A stretch of 32,000 nt of DNA, from assembly GCA_037444445.1 (NCBI GenBank), contig JBBIMK010000019.1, forward strand, positions 5,573 to 37,572, read 5' to 3'. The notes beneath the pieces are model-generated. The model saw only the letters and a list, made by a program, of their open reading frames with translations. It was not told the origin of the DNA and did no database searches. The DNA comes from a bacterium. Its GTDB lineage: Bacteria > UBP7 > UBA6624 > JBBIMK01. Of the stretch, positions 8,393 through 16,696 are shown in pieces. How positions within the stretch are numbered: the first letter of the stretch is position 1; every line of letters starts with the position of its first letter. Made by a program: the position numbers and the translations under genes.

Positions 8393-9052
8393 CTACGGGA
8401 GAAATTTGACCGATTGGATTTTTTCCATCATCTTCAATTGTTCCACCACGGTTTGGGGCTGAATTGCTTCCGGCAGGTGAATCTCGTAGACCAGTTCAAC
8501 GGTGTGTGGGGAGATTTTCTCAAATTCCATTTCCTCCACCCCGATGCCTAACTGGTCAAAGAGGCGGTGGATGGACCCTGTTACCGCAGGGTCATCGGTG
8601 GTCAGGATGCGGAGAATGCGAGGGGGATAAAGGCCTCGGTAAGCAGGCTTCTCTATTCTTGGCACGAGGAAAAGAGTGAACCAGACAAGGACAAAGGCAG
8701 AGATGGCGAGCAGGTAAATGCCCAGCCCAATAGCGAGGCCGAGGCCCGCGGAAATCCACAAAGTCGCCGCCGTAGTCAGCCCTTTCACCACACCGCCGTA
8801 ACTCATAATGGCGCCCGCCCCGAGAAAACCAACTCCCACCACAACCTGAGCGGCAATCCGTGTTACATCCGCACCTTCATTCACTTCACCCATCCATAAA
8901 GAAGCCAGAGCAAACAGGCAGGCACCGAGGGATACAAGAGCATGAGTTCGTGTTCCCGCAGGCTTGCCCACCCGCTTCCGCTCATACCCCAGCAACCCCC
9001 CCGCGATGACTGAGAAGAGTAGCCTTAAAATCCCTTCCAGGGCCCCGGGCAT
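8393..9052 (-). CDS. MgtC/SapB family membrane protein with a C-terminal ACT-like domain
   Basis: 219 aa. The MgtC signature is GGLLGYERKRVGKPAGTRTHALVSLGACLF ... AAQVVVGVGFLGAGAIM ... GLTTAATLWISAGLGLAIG. A soluble C-terminal domain follows. Confidence 0.9.
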   Translation of the reverse strand: MPGALEGILRLLFSVIAGGLLGYERKRVGKPAGTRTHALVSLGACLFALASLWMGEVNEGADVTRIAAQVVVGVGFLGAGAIMSYGGVVKGLTTAATLWISAGLGLAIGLGIYLLAISAFVLVWFTLFLVPRIEKPAYRGLYPPRILRILTTDDPAVTGSIHRLFDQLGIGVEEMEFEKISPHTVELVYEIHLPEAIQPQTVVEQLKMMEKIQSVKFLP

Positions 9053-9053
9053 C

Positions 9054-9689
9054 CTAAGTTTTCCTCCAGAGAGCCTGCAGAATATCCCAGTACATCCGAA
9101 AACGCCAGAGAATTCCCCTCCGGGGTCCTACCTTCTCTTCCTTCAACCGATGGGTCATACCCTCCAGGGCTACCTTTTGAATCCTCAGGTTCCTCTTCTG
9201 CGCCCAGCGGGTTAACGCAACCTCCAGTTGATAACCAGAGTAGAGATGAAAAGGGAACTCTTTCAACCATTCCCGACGAATAGCACGCTGGCCCGATAGT
9301 TCCGGGGCGATTCGTTGAGCCATATCCGTGGACGCCCGTCCCTTATGAAAAATTCCCACCGTCATATCCGCCGTCCCTAAAAATACCGGCTCCACCAGAG
9401 CCTCTATATGCCTGGATGTAAGTCCAATCAAATCTGCATCCACCAACAGAAGAACATCCCCACCCGCTGCCATTATTCCCTGATATATGGCCCGGGCTTT
9501 TCCACGATTTTCCTCCAGGCGAATGAGATGCACCCTTCCGTATCTCATCACCACGCGAGAGGTCCCATCCGTAGAGCCATCATCCACCACAATGACTTCA
9601 TCCACCACGGGGCAGGATGCCACAACATCTAACACCCTCCCGATATTTGCCTCTTCATTAAACGCTGGAACAATAGCTGAAACCTTCAT
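9054..9689 (-). CDS. Family 2 glycosyltransferase (GT-A fold)
   Basis: 211 aa. MKVSAIVPAFNEEANIGRVLD...EVIVVDDGSTDGT...NRGKARAIYQGIMAAGGDVLLLVDADL shows the classic GT2 nucleotide-binding region and DxD motif. Substrate specificity cannot be inferred. Confidence 0.85.
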   Translation of the reverse strand: MKVSAIVPAFNEEANIGRVLDVVASCPVVDEVIVVDDGSTDGTSRVVMRYGRVHLIRLEENRGKARAIYQGIMAAGGDVLLLVDADLIGLTSRHIEALVEPVFLGTADMTVGIFHKGRASTDMAQRIAPELSGQRAIRREWLKEFPFHLYSGYQLEVALTRWAQKRNLRIQKVALEGMTHRLKEEKVGPRRGILWRFRMYWDILQALWRKT

Positions 9690-9705
9690 GCTATTCGCTT
9701 CCCAC

Positions 9706-10188
9706 TCACGAGTATACTCTTATGCCTATCCCGGTAATAAATTTTTTTAGAGTTTTCAGCCTTTCGCTTTTGCTCCTCTTTATCGCATTGATGAGTTGTT
9801 CAAAATTCCGCAGGTTTGCAGGTTGATTTATCACCTTTTTGATTTTATTTCCTTCATCCGGCAGGGCGAATCTGGATAAATCTATTTCCGCTTCCGATGC
9901 AGTTTTCACAATCCAACTTTCTAACATCGGACACAATACGATTAAGAGATTTTGCCTTTTCCCATCCTTGCATAGTTTTATTTCGTCTTTGCGCGCAATT
10001 AGTTGCATCTCTTTCAAATACCAGGGTTGGACAGATTCCGGGTCCTCATCTACCAATCCCTTTGAATTCGTGCTATTTCTTAAATGCTTGCACACATTTC
10101 CTTTACCGCCTGAATGTGTGATATTCTTTTTTCTCCCCTCAAGAGTTTTCACCAGGATTTTATCAGGCTTGCACTCCACAAATATCAT
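9706..10188 (-). CDS. Small Toprim-like protein (E ... GGK ... DxD arrangement as in DUF4435/OLD-type Toprim), partner of the upstream ATPase
   Basis: I trimmed the start from the track ORF (10248, which overlaps the ATPase gene) to ATG 10188, 4 nt after the ATPase stop. The 160-aa product begins MIFVECKPDKILVKTLEGRKKNITHSGGKGNVCKHLRNSTNSKGLVDEDPES. It has the acidic VEC..D motif, a GGK motif and a DED motif about 41 residues after the Glu. The region is AT-rich. The family assignment comes from motif order only. Confidence 0.6.
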   Translation of the reverse strand: MIFVECKPDKILVKTLEGRKKNITHSGGKGNVCKHLRNSTNSKGLVDEDPESVQPWYLKEMQLIARKDEIKLCKDGKRQNLLIVLCPMLESWIVKTASEAEIDLSRFALPDEGNKIKKVINQPANLRNFEQLINAIKRSKSERLKTLKKFITGIGIRVYS

Positions 10189-10192
10189 TCTA

Positions 10193-11179
10193 TCATGCTT
10201 TTTCCAAGAAACGCTCCAGGTTGAAAAACACGCTGGAGTCCATCTCAAGTATTTCAGCCAACTCCTCTTGAACGAGAGGCCTCACCTTCGTTTGATAATC
10301 ACCATAGTAAGTAATAAAAATCTTGATTTCATCTATGGGTGTTTTTTCTAATACCGCAAGTAGAAAATAGGGATTGTGAGTGGAAATAAAATATTGATTG
10401 GAATCATCTATGGCGATATTTTCTGCGAGATACTTCGTGTAATACGGGAAAGCGTGGGCTTCCGGCTCCTCAAAGATGATGATGGAATCCTTGTTCGTTT
10501 CCATGGCTACAAAATGAAAAACCACTCGCAGTAAAGTATCAGAAGCCAGTGAATAAGGATAAGCAATGAAAGTTCCATCACTCTCTTTCAGAACCTCAAT
10601 TTTATTTTCTGTTTGTCTTAAGTTAATCCGAAACCCGTATTCGCGGAAGAAATCTGTTACCCGCTTCCTTAATTCTTTATGGGTTATAAGAATCGTCAGG
10701 AGATTTTCTCCCCCAGGTGGTAAAAGATAATCTGCCTCCTGGCTTTTGAAACTATCCAACACTTGAAAACGATAGAATTTGAAAGGTAAAGGTTTACTGA
10801 TAGGTTTTGTGGAAAGGATTAGACCGGCTTCATTACAGGAAATGTGAAAGAGGGGCTTTTGCCTGGCTTTATCTACTAAACTCAGATGGAATTGTCTATC
10901 TTTGTAACTGACTTCGCATCCATACTCACCAGCACTGATTCTGATGTTAGAGACCAGATTGTTGTCATAAAACAGGTTCGTCATAGATTCAATTCGGATA
11001 AAATCCCTCAGATGCTTATACTCTTTACCCTGAATATGTGGAAGTGAGAAGATGCCCACACTTTCCAGGATGTTAGATTTTCCTGCATTCGGTTCACCGA
11101 TGAAAATGTTGACTCTTTTACAATCCAGTCTTAAATGTTTGATAGACTTAAAGTTCCTGACTTTTAGGGTGTTTATCAT
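10193..11179 (-). CDS. ABC/SMC-type ATPase of the AAA_15/AAA_21 (OLD / AbiL / PARIS AriA-like) group
   Basis: 328 aa. The N-terminus MINTLKVRNFKSIKHLRLDCKRVNIFIGEPNAGKSNILESV contains Walker A GEPNAGKS. It also has a signature-like LASDTLLRVV, Walker B plus D-loop SIIIFEEPEAHAFP, and an H-loop YFISTHNP. The ATG lies 10 nt after the ispG stop. It is markedly AT-rich compared with its flanks. Confidence 0.85.
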   Translation of the reverse strand: MINTLKVRNFKSIKHLRLDCKRVNIFIGEPNAGKSNILESVGIFSLPHIQGKEYKHLRDFIRIESMTNLFYDNNLVSNIRISAGEYGCEVSYKDRQFHLSLVDKARQKPLFHISCNEAGLILSTKPISKPLPFKFYRFQVLDSFKSQEADYLLPPGGENLLTILITHKELRKRVTDFFREYGFRINLRQTENKIEVLKESDGTFIAYPYSLASDTLLRVVFHFVAMETNKDSIIIFEEPEAHAFPYYTKYLAENIAIDDSNQYFISTHNPYFLLAVLEKTPIDEIKIFITYYGDYQTKVRPLVQEELAEILEMDSSVFFNLERFLEKA

Positions 11180-11189
11180 TTCTACACCA

Positions 11190-12296
11190 TTATTGAATGC
11201 CTTTCAGGTGGTCGCTTTCGTTCACGAGGCTTTTCACCCACTCTGTGATGTGGGCTTCCAGTTGAGAATTAGGCACCCGTTCCACCTTTTTGCCTTTGAA
11301 ATAAAGGGTGGAGGTGTTCACTCCGCCGGCGATGCCCAGGTCTGCCATGCGGGATTCACCGGGACCATTGACTTCACACCCCATCACAGCGATGCGAACT
11401 AACTGCTCGGGCGCCTTGAGTTCCTTCAAGACCTTTTTCACCTGCTGGGACAGGAATTCTACATCCACCCTGAGCCTACCGCATCCGGGGCAGGCTATCA
11501 GGTCAAATCCCTTCTCCCGTAAGCCCAGGGCTTTCAGGATTTCAAACCCTGCCTGCACTTCTTCCACCGCCGGTCCTGCCAGAGAGACCCGGAGGGTATC
11601 TCCGATGCCTTCCTCTAAAAGGACGCCCAGCCCGATGGCAGATTTAATGATGGCTTCCATCCCGCTTCCCGCCTCTGTGACCCCCAGGTGAAAAGGGTAG
11701 GGGCACTGGCTTGCCATCATCCTGTAAGCCGCAATGGTTTCCATCACCCGGGAAGATTTCATAGAAATGACAATCTGGTCAAACCCTTCTTCTTCAAAAT
11801 CCCGGATGTAGAACAACACGGTTTCCACCATTGCCTTCGGAATCTGGTCGGCATACCGGATATAAAATTCCGGAGGAAGGGAACCCGCATTCACCCCGAT
11901 GCGGATGGAAGCCCCTTTCTGCTTCGCTTCCCGAACAATCTGGCGGAGGATGGGACCGCTTTTCGTATTCCCGGGGTTCAGGCGGAGTTTATCTGCCCCC
12001 GCTTCCAGGGCCTTCAGGGCGATGCGGGGGTTAAAATGAATGTCCGCCACCAGGGGCACCTGAACTTCCTTTTTGAGAAGTTTCAAAAGGGAGGCATCCT
12101 CTTCTGTTGGAATAGCCACACGAAGAATCTCTACCCCGGCCTGCTCTACCTGATGTGCTTCCTTCAGCATCTTTTCTGTATCTCGCAGGGAGTGCTTGAG
12201 CATGCTCTGGACGGCAATGGGATGATTCCCTCCCAGCATCACCCTGCCCACTTTTACCGGGATGGTTTTCCGCCGGTTCTTCACTTCACTTGTCAT
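11190..12296 (-). CDS. ispG: 4-hydroxy-3-methylbut-2-en-1-yl diphosphate synthase (IspG/GcpE)
   Basis: I trimmed the start to ATG 12296, 2 nt after the rseP stop. The track ORF extends to 12536 across rseP in another frame with an implausible N-terminus. The 368-aa product reads MTSEVKNRRKTIPVKVGRVMLGGNHPIAVQSM...IHFNPRIALKALEAGADKLRLNPGN...RIGVNAGSL...SMKSS...PFHLGVTEAG...ACPGCGR...MGCEVNGPGE, which matches IspG throughout, including the Fe-S cysteines. Confidence 0.95.
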   Translation of the reverse strand: MTSEVKNRRKTIPVKVGRVMLGGNHPIAVQSMLKHSLRDTEKMLKEAHQVEQAGVEILRVAIPTEEDASLLKLLKKEVQVPLVADIHFNPRIALKALEAGADKLRLNPGNTKSGPILRQIVREAKQKGASIRIGVNAGSLPPEFYIRYADQIPKAMVETVLFYIRDFEEEGFDQIVISMKSSRVMETIAAYRMMASQCPYPFHLGVTEAGSGMEAIIKSAIGLGVLLEEGIGDTLRVSLAGPAVEEVQAGFEILKALGLREKGFDLIACPGCGRLRVDVEFLSQQVKKVLKELKAPEQLVRIAVMGCEVNGPGESRMADLGIAGGVNTSTLYFKGKKVERVPNSQLEAHITEWVKSLVNESDHLKGIQ

Positions 12297-12298
12297 CC

Positions 12299-13603
12299 TC
12301 ACCCTCGGATGCTCAAAATCCCCAGAATGTCCCGATAGGTCACCCACAGCATCAGGAGAATCAGAAGGAAAAATCCAGCGATATGGAAGGCATTTTCCAG
12401 CGTGCGATTCACCGGCTTGCGTGCCACCGCAAAAAGAATGAGGAAGAACAGCCTGCCTCCATCCAGGGCAGGGAACGGAACCAGGTTCACAATCCCCAGC
12501 GTTACAGAAAGTAGAGCCATCTGAAACAGAAGCCATTTGAAGCCAGACTCCAGGGCTTGAAGCGTATACTTAAATATCCCTACCGGTCCCACAATCTCCG
12601 CTTCTTTACGACCGGTGAACAGCCCCTCGAAAAATTCCCAGAAACCCTGAAAAACGGAAACGAAACGCTCTCCAGCAATCTGAAGCCCCTGAATCAGTCC
12701 AACCGGCTCTCTCTCCATCTCAAATACCATACCCGGGTGTTGCCTTTCTTCCATCTGTAGTGTAACCTGGAACGGATTCCCCTCCCTCATTCCTTCCAGC
12801 CGAATCTGTTTCGGCGGTTCCGCTTCGGAAATCTGGAGGGATGCCTGAAACAATTCGGGTGGCATTCCATCTATCCGTTGAATTGTATCTCCGACTCGGA
12901 CACCCGCTTTCTCCGCGGGGCTGTGGGGCAAAATCTGAACCACTTTTCCAGAGATTTGTGCCGCCTCCGTAAGAAGAACGCCCAGACCCACCATCCGTTC
13001 CCCGGGTTGCCCTATCTCTCCCGGCGTCACAGAAATCTCCCGGATCCCCTCCCGCCCTTCAACCTTCAACAGAAGAGGCTGGTTGCCTGCTGACTGCACC
13101 AAGCGAGACAATTCCATCCTGTTCAGTGTTTTCCCGTTGACACTCAGAATTAACTCCCCTGCCCCCAATCCCGCCTTCTCTGCAGGAGACCCACGCAGAA
13201 CTCCCTGGATGAGTGGAATATGTCGTGGAATACCATAGCCCACTGCTTCCCCATAAAATAACAGGTAGCCAGCCAGTAAATTCATCATAGGACCGGCAAC
13301 CAGAATGAGGCTCTTCTGCCAGGTTTTTTTGGTGGCATAACTATCGGGTTCCAAAAGGTTCGCTTCTTCTTCGTCCTCCAGCCCTTTGAGACGAACATAT
13401 CCACCTAAAAGCAGAAGTCTTAACGACAGCACAGTGGATTTGAAGGGTTTCTTCACCAGAGGAGGTCCGAAGCCCACGCTAAATTCTTTCACCGCCACTC
13501 CCATCATTCTGGCTCCGACGAAATGCCCCCACTCATGGATGACTATCAACGCCCCAATGAGCAGAGCAATCATCAGGTAACCCAGGAAAGTTGCCAGGGT
13601 CAT
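12299..13603 (-). CDS. rseP: Site-2 zinc metalloprotease RseP/RasP (M50 family, two PDZ domains)
   Basis: 434 aa. The HExxH motif sits in the first TM helix (IVIHEWGHFVGARMMG). Two PDZ-like blocks are present (GSPAEKAGLGAGELILSVNG and HSPAEKAGVRVGDTIQRIDG). The C-terminal motif is NLVPFPALDGGRL. Its ATG overlaps the cdsA stop as ATGA. Confidence 0.93.
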   Translation of the reverse strand: MTLATFLGYLMIALLIGALIVIHEWGHFVGARMMGVAVKEFSVGFGPPLVKKPFKSTVLSLRLLLLGGYVRLKGLEDEEEANLLEPDSYATKKTWQKSLILVAGPMMNLLAGYLLFYGEAVGYGIPRHIPLIQGVLRGSPAEKAGLGAGELILSVNGKTLNRMELSRLVQSAGNQPLLLKVEGREGIREISVTPGEIGQPGERMVGLGVLLTEAAQISGKVVQILPHSPAEKAGVRVGDTIQRIDGMPPELFQASLQISEAEPPKQIRLEGMREGNPFQVTLQMEERQHPGMVFEMEREPVGLIQGLQIAGERFVSVFQGFWEFFEGLFTGRKEAEIVGPVGIFKYTLQALESGFKWLLFQMALLSVTLGIVNLVPFPALDGGRLFFLILFAVARKPVNRTLENAFHIAGFFLLILLMLWVTYRDILGILSIRG

Positions 13604-14475
13604 CCCGCACCTCCTGCCGATGGCAACACCCAGTAACGCAAAAGGTAAAAGCCCACTGGAAGCGTGAAAAGAAAACTATCCATCCGGTCCAGCAAGCCTC
13701 CATGCCCCGGGATGAGCCGGGAAGAATCCTTCGCTTGCACCTCTCGTTTCAAGGCGGACACGCTCAAATCTCCCAGTTGCGCCGCTATCCCGAGAATCCC
13801 TCCCAACAGGAGGCAATTCCAGAGCGGTAGCCCGAGATGCTTCAGCCCGAACCACCACAGGAGTGCAAAGGCGGCGGTCACGCCTGCCAGCCCTCCTGCC
13901 ATTCCTTCCCAGGTTTTCTTCGGGCTCAACACCGGTGTCATCCGAGTTTCACCGAAGAGTTTCCCGCTAAAAAAAGCGGAGGTGTCATACCCCCACGCCC
14001 CCACCACAGGCACCAGGATAAGGTAATCCACCTTCATCTGCTCCGAAACCCCCGTGTAGAACTTTTTATACAGGAAGATATAACTCAACAGACCCGCTAT
14101 ATAGAAACTTCCAAACAGGGTTACAGCCAGTTCCGGCACCCGATAAGGCCGTCGTCCGCTGGCATTTTGTATCACCTGAATCAGAAACGACAGCAGGATG
14201 AATACCGCTACAAGAAATCCCAGATAATTTTCTTGAACCTCTTGCTGTTCTGAAAAAAAGGACATCAACAGAATCAACAGAGCGAACGGGTAACCAATCA
14301 CTTTTGCCGTTTTCGTTCCCTCCCGGGATAGGAGGCTGTAAAATTCCCGGAGCGCCTGCCCCGCCACGAGAATCACGCCCACCAGCAGGGCATAGCCACC
14401 CCACAAGAGCATAAAAACCGCCGTCGTCCCGAGAATCACTCCCCAGAACAACCGGCGGACAAGGTCATTTTTCAT
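13600..14475 (-). CDS. cdsA: Phosphatidate cytidylyltransferase (CDP-diglyceride synthase)
   Basis: 291 aa and polytopic. The CdsA signature region is SPKKTWEGMAGG ... DLSVSALKREVQAKDSSRLIPGHGGLLDRMDSFLF. It overlaps the uppS stop by 11 nt. Confidence 0.92.
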   Translation of the reverse strand: MKNDLVRRLFWGVILGTTAVFMLLWGGYALLVGVILVAGQALREFYSLLSREGTKTAKVIGYPFALLILLMSFFSEQQEVQENYLGFLVAVFILLSFLIQVIQNASGRRPYRVPELAVTLFGSFYIAGLLSYIFLYKKFYTGVSEQMKVDYLILVPVVGAWGYDTSAFFSGKLFGETRMTPVLSPKKTWEGMAGGLAGVTAAFALLWWFGLKHLGLPLWNCLLLGGILGIAAQLGDLSVSALKREVQAKDSSRLIPGHGGLLDRMDSFLFTLPVGFYLLRYWVLPSAGGAG

Positions 14476-15196
14476 CCGGCACCTGCACTCGCCCGAAGCG
14501 CCGCTCCCGCTTCTGATAATTGTCTATCGCTTCATTCAAGTCTTCCTCCGTAAAATCAGGCCAGAGGGTGGGAGTGAAAAATAACTCGGAGTATGCTACC
14601 TGCCACAGGAGAAAATCGCTCAGGCGGTATTCATTACTGGTGCGAATCAGCAGGTCCGGGTCCGCCATCCCATTGGTATACAATTCCTTACGGAAGTCCT
14701 CCGGGGAAATGGTAGAAGATTGGAGTTTACCCTGTTCAACCTTTTCACACAGCCGCTGGGCCGCCCGCACAATCTCTTCCCTGCCACTGTAATTGATGGC
14801 TACATTCAAAAGCATGCGCGAGTTGTTTTGAGTGGCAGACTCCACCTCCTGAAGGTCCTGACGAATTTGCTCTGGAAGCAGAGAACGGTCACCAATCATC
14901 CGAAACCGTATCTTCTCTTTCATCAGGGTGGGAAGTTCCAGGTGTAGATACTGGTGGAGAAGAGAGAATAAAGCCTCAATCTCTTCCTCCGGCCGTCCCC
15001 AGTTATCCCGGGAGAAGGCAAAGAGGGTGAGAATTTTCACGCCCCGGCGAGCGCAGGCTTCCACCACTCGCCTTACCGTTTTCGCCCCTTCCTTATGCCC
15101 TTCTATTCGCGGTAAGCCGTGCTGTGTAGCCCACCGCCCATTCCCATCCATAATGATGGCGATATGCTCAGGTATTCTCTCTCCCTTTTGTTCCAT
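14465..15196 (-). CDS. uppS: Isoprenyl transferase / undecaprenyl diphosphate synthase
   Basis: 243 aa. HIAIIMDGNGRWA, GHKEGAKTVRRVVE, LTLFAFSRDNWGRPEEE, LLIRTSNEYRLSDFLLWQVAYSELFF and RRFG are the canonical cis-prenyltransferase motifs. Confidence 0.96.
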   Translation of the reverse strand: MEQKGERIPEHIAIIMDGNGRWATQHGLPRIEGHKEGAKTVRRVVEACARRGVKILTLFAFSRDNWGRPEEEIEALFSLLHQYLHLELPTLMKEKIRFRMIGDRSLLPEQIRQDLQEVESATQNNSRMLLNVAINYSGREEIVRAAQRLCEKVEQGKLQSSTISPEDFRKELYTNGMADPDLLIRTSNEYRLSDFLLWQVAYSELFFTPTLWPDFTEEDLNEAIDNYQKRERRFGRVQVPDEK

Positions 15197-15377
15197 ATCC
15201 CAGTTTCCTCAGTAAAACCTCTGTCGTGTCAGGAGAGAGGTAGACCCGATACCCTGTCACAAGAGATTGAACCCGTATCACACGCCACCGCCCGCTCATT
15301 TTTTCCATTTCTTCCCTCTTCCAGGGGGCTACTACATACACTTTTTCTACTGCTCTTCCCTCCAGTTCTTTCTCCAC
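15168..15377 (-). CDS. Possible small ORF (69 aa) filling the frr-uppS spacer; hypothetical
   Basis: The GTG start lies 20 nt after the frr stop and the ORF ends 29 nt inside uppS. The product is MEKELEGRAVEKVYVVAPWKREEMEKMSGRWRVIRVQSLVTGYRVYLSPDTTEVLLRKL... I recognise no family. The only support is that it exactly occupies an otherwise empty 201-nt gap in a tight operon. Confidence 0.25.
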   Translation of the reverse strand: MEKELEGRAVEKVYVVAPWKREEMEKMSGRWRVIRVQSLVTGYRVYLSPDTTEVLLRKLGYGTKGRENT

Positions 15378-15397
15378 CTCTTCCCAGTAACGCCCGA

Positions 15398-15952
15398 TTA
15401 ACCTTCCAAAATCTCTTTTTCCTTCTTCTGGTATAAAGTATCCATCTCCTCGGTGATAGAATCCGTTAACTTCTGGATTTTCTCCTGGGTGCGATAGTAA
15501 TCATCTTCTGTGATTTCTCCAGCTTTCTCCGCAGATTTCATACTTTCCATAATGTCCCTGCGGATATTTCGGATTCCCACCTTGCTTTCTTCTATATCCC
15601 TTTTCACAATTTTCAGGAGATTTCTGCGGGATTCTTCATTCAGAGGTGGGAGGAAAATCCGAATGCTCTCCCCCTCCCGATTCGGGTTCAACCCCAGATT
15701 GGCTTTCAGTATGGCTTTCTCAATTTGTGGGAGAATGGAGCGGTCGTAGGCTCTGATTTGCAGAGTTCGGGGGTCAGGCACCAGAATGCTCGCCACCTGC
15801 TTCAACGGGAGCACGCTTCCATAAGCCTCCACTTTCACATCGGAAAGGATAGCCGGATTGGCCCGTCCCGTGCGTATCCTGGATAGGGTTTCCTTCAGCA
15901 CCTCCAGGGTTTTGTGCATCCTCTCTTCCGCTTCTTTCACAAAGTCTGGCAC
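15398..15952 (-). CDS. frr: Ribosome recycling factor
   Basis: 184 aa. ...RIRTGRANPAILSDVKVEAYGSVLPLKQVASI...LGLNP...IRIFLPPLNEESRRNLLKIVKR..EESKVGIRNIRRD matches RRF end to end. GTG start. Confidence 0.97.
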   Translation of the reverse strand: MPDFVKEAEERMHKTLEVLKETLSRIRTGRANPAILSDVKVEAYGSVLPLKQVASILVPDPRTLQIRAYDRSILPQIEKAILKANLGLNPNREGESIRIFLPPLNEESRRNLLKIVKRDIEESKVGIRNIRRDIMESMKSAEKAGEITEDDYYRTQEKIQKLTDSITEEMDTLYQKKEKEILEG

Positions 15953-15959
15953 GAGATTC

Positions 15960-16676
15960 TCACCTCCGAACCAGGGTTCCTACCGCAGATTCACCCATCA
16001 GCACCCGGAGGAGATTCCCACGAATGGTGATATTGAACACGATGATAGGGATATTATTATCCATAGACATAGAAATAGCGGTTGAATCCATGATTTTCAG
16101 GTCCCGGTCCAGAATCTCTTTATAACTGATTTCCCGGATGAGATGAGCGTCTGCGTTGCGTTCCGGGTCGGCGGTGAAAATTCCCTCCACTCTCGTGGCT
16201 TTTAACAGGACTTCTGCCTGGATTTCCGTGGCGCAGAGGGCGGCCGTGGTGTCGGTGGTAAAGTAGGGCCGCCCCGTCCCGCCAGAGAAAATCACCACCC
16301 GCCCCTTCTCTAAATGCCGTATCGCTCTCCGCCGGATGTAAGGCTCCGCAATGGAACGCACCTCAAACGCTGTCTGCACCCTCGTCTGAACCCCCCTCTG
16401 CTCCAGTGCACTCTGGAGTATCAACGAGTTAATGATGGTGGCTAACATCCCGGCATAATCCGCTGTCACTCGCTCCACGCCGTGCTCACTGGCTTCACTC
16501 CCCCGAAAAAGATTCCCTCCCCCAATGACCACCGCCAGTTGCACCATCTGCGAGGCGGTCACTAACTCATCCGCTATATTGTGAATGGCTTCATAACTGA
16601 TGCCCCTTCCCTCTTCACCCGCCAGAACCTCTCCACTCAACTTCAACAGCACCCGTTTATATCTGGCTTTTTTCAT
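15960..16676 (-). CDS. pyrH: UMP kinase
   Basis: 238 aa. YKRVLLKLSGEVLAG, VVIGGGNLFRG, DYAGMLATIINSL, VVIFSGGTGRPYFTTDTTAALCA and TRVEGIFTADPE are canonical PyrH motifs. Confidence 0.97.
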   Translation of the reverse strand: MKKARYKRVLLKLSGEVLAGEEGRGISYEAIHNIADELVTASQMVQLAVVIGGGNLFRGSEASEHGVERVTADYAGMLATIINSLILQSALEQRGVQTRVQTAFEVRSIAEPYIRRRAIRHLEKGRVVIFSGGTGRPYFTTDTTAALCATEIQAEVLLKATRVEGIFTADPERNADAHLIREISYKEILDRDLKIMDSTAISMSMDNNIPIIVFNITIRGNLLRVLMGESAVGTLVRR

Positions 16677-16696
16677 ACCGGGTTCCCCTCATTCCT

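Noticed and set aside
10189-10248. 20-aa N-terminal extension of the Toprim-like ORF (MRWTPACFSTWSVSWKKHDR)
   Set aside because: It overlaps the ATPase C-terminus. The Toprim-like core motif starts right at MIFVECKPD, so the internal ATG at 10188, 4 nt after the ATPase stop, is the better start.
12297-12536. 80-aa N-terminal extension of the ispG ORF
   Set aside because: It overlaps the 3' end of rseP in another frame and has a Cys/Gly/Pro-rich nonsense-like sequence. The IspG homology begins at MTSEVKNRRKTIPVKVG (ATG 12296).
12299-14475. Absence of dxr between cdsA and rseP as an anomaly
   Set aside because: The position of dxr in this cluster varies among bacteria (my recollection). ispG directly after rseP shows the isoprenoid link is retained. 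This is probably ordinary lineage-specific gene order.
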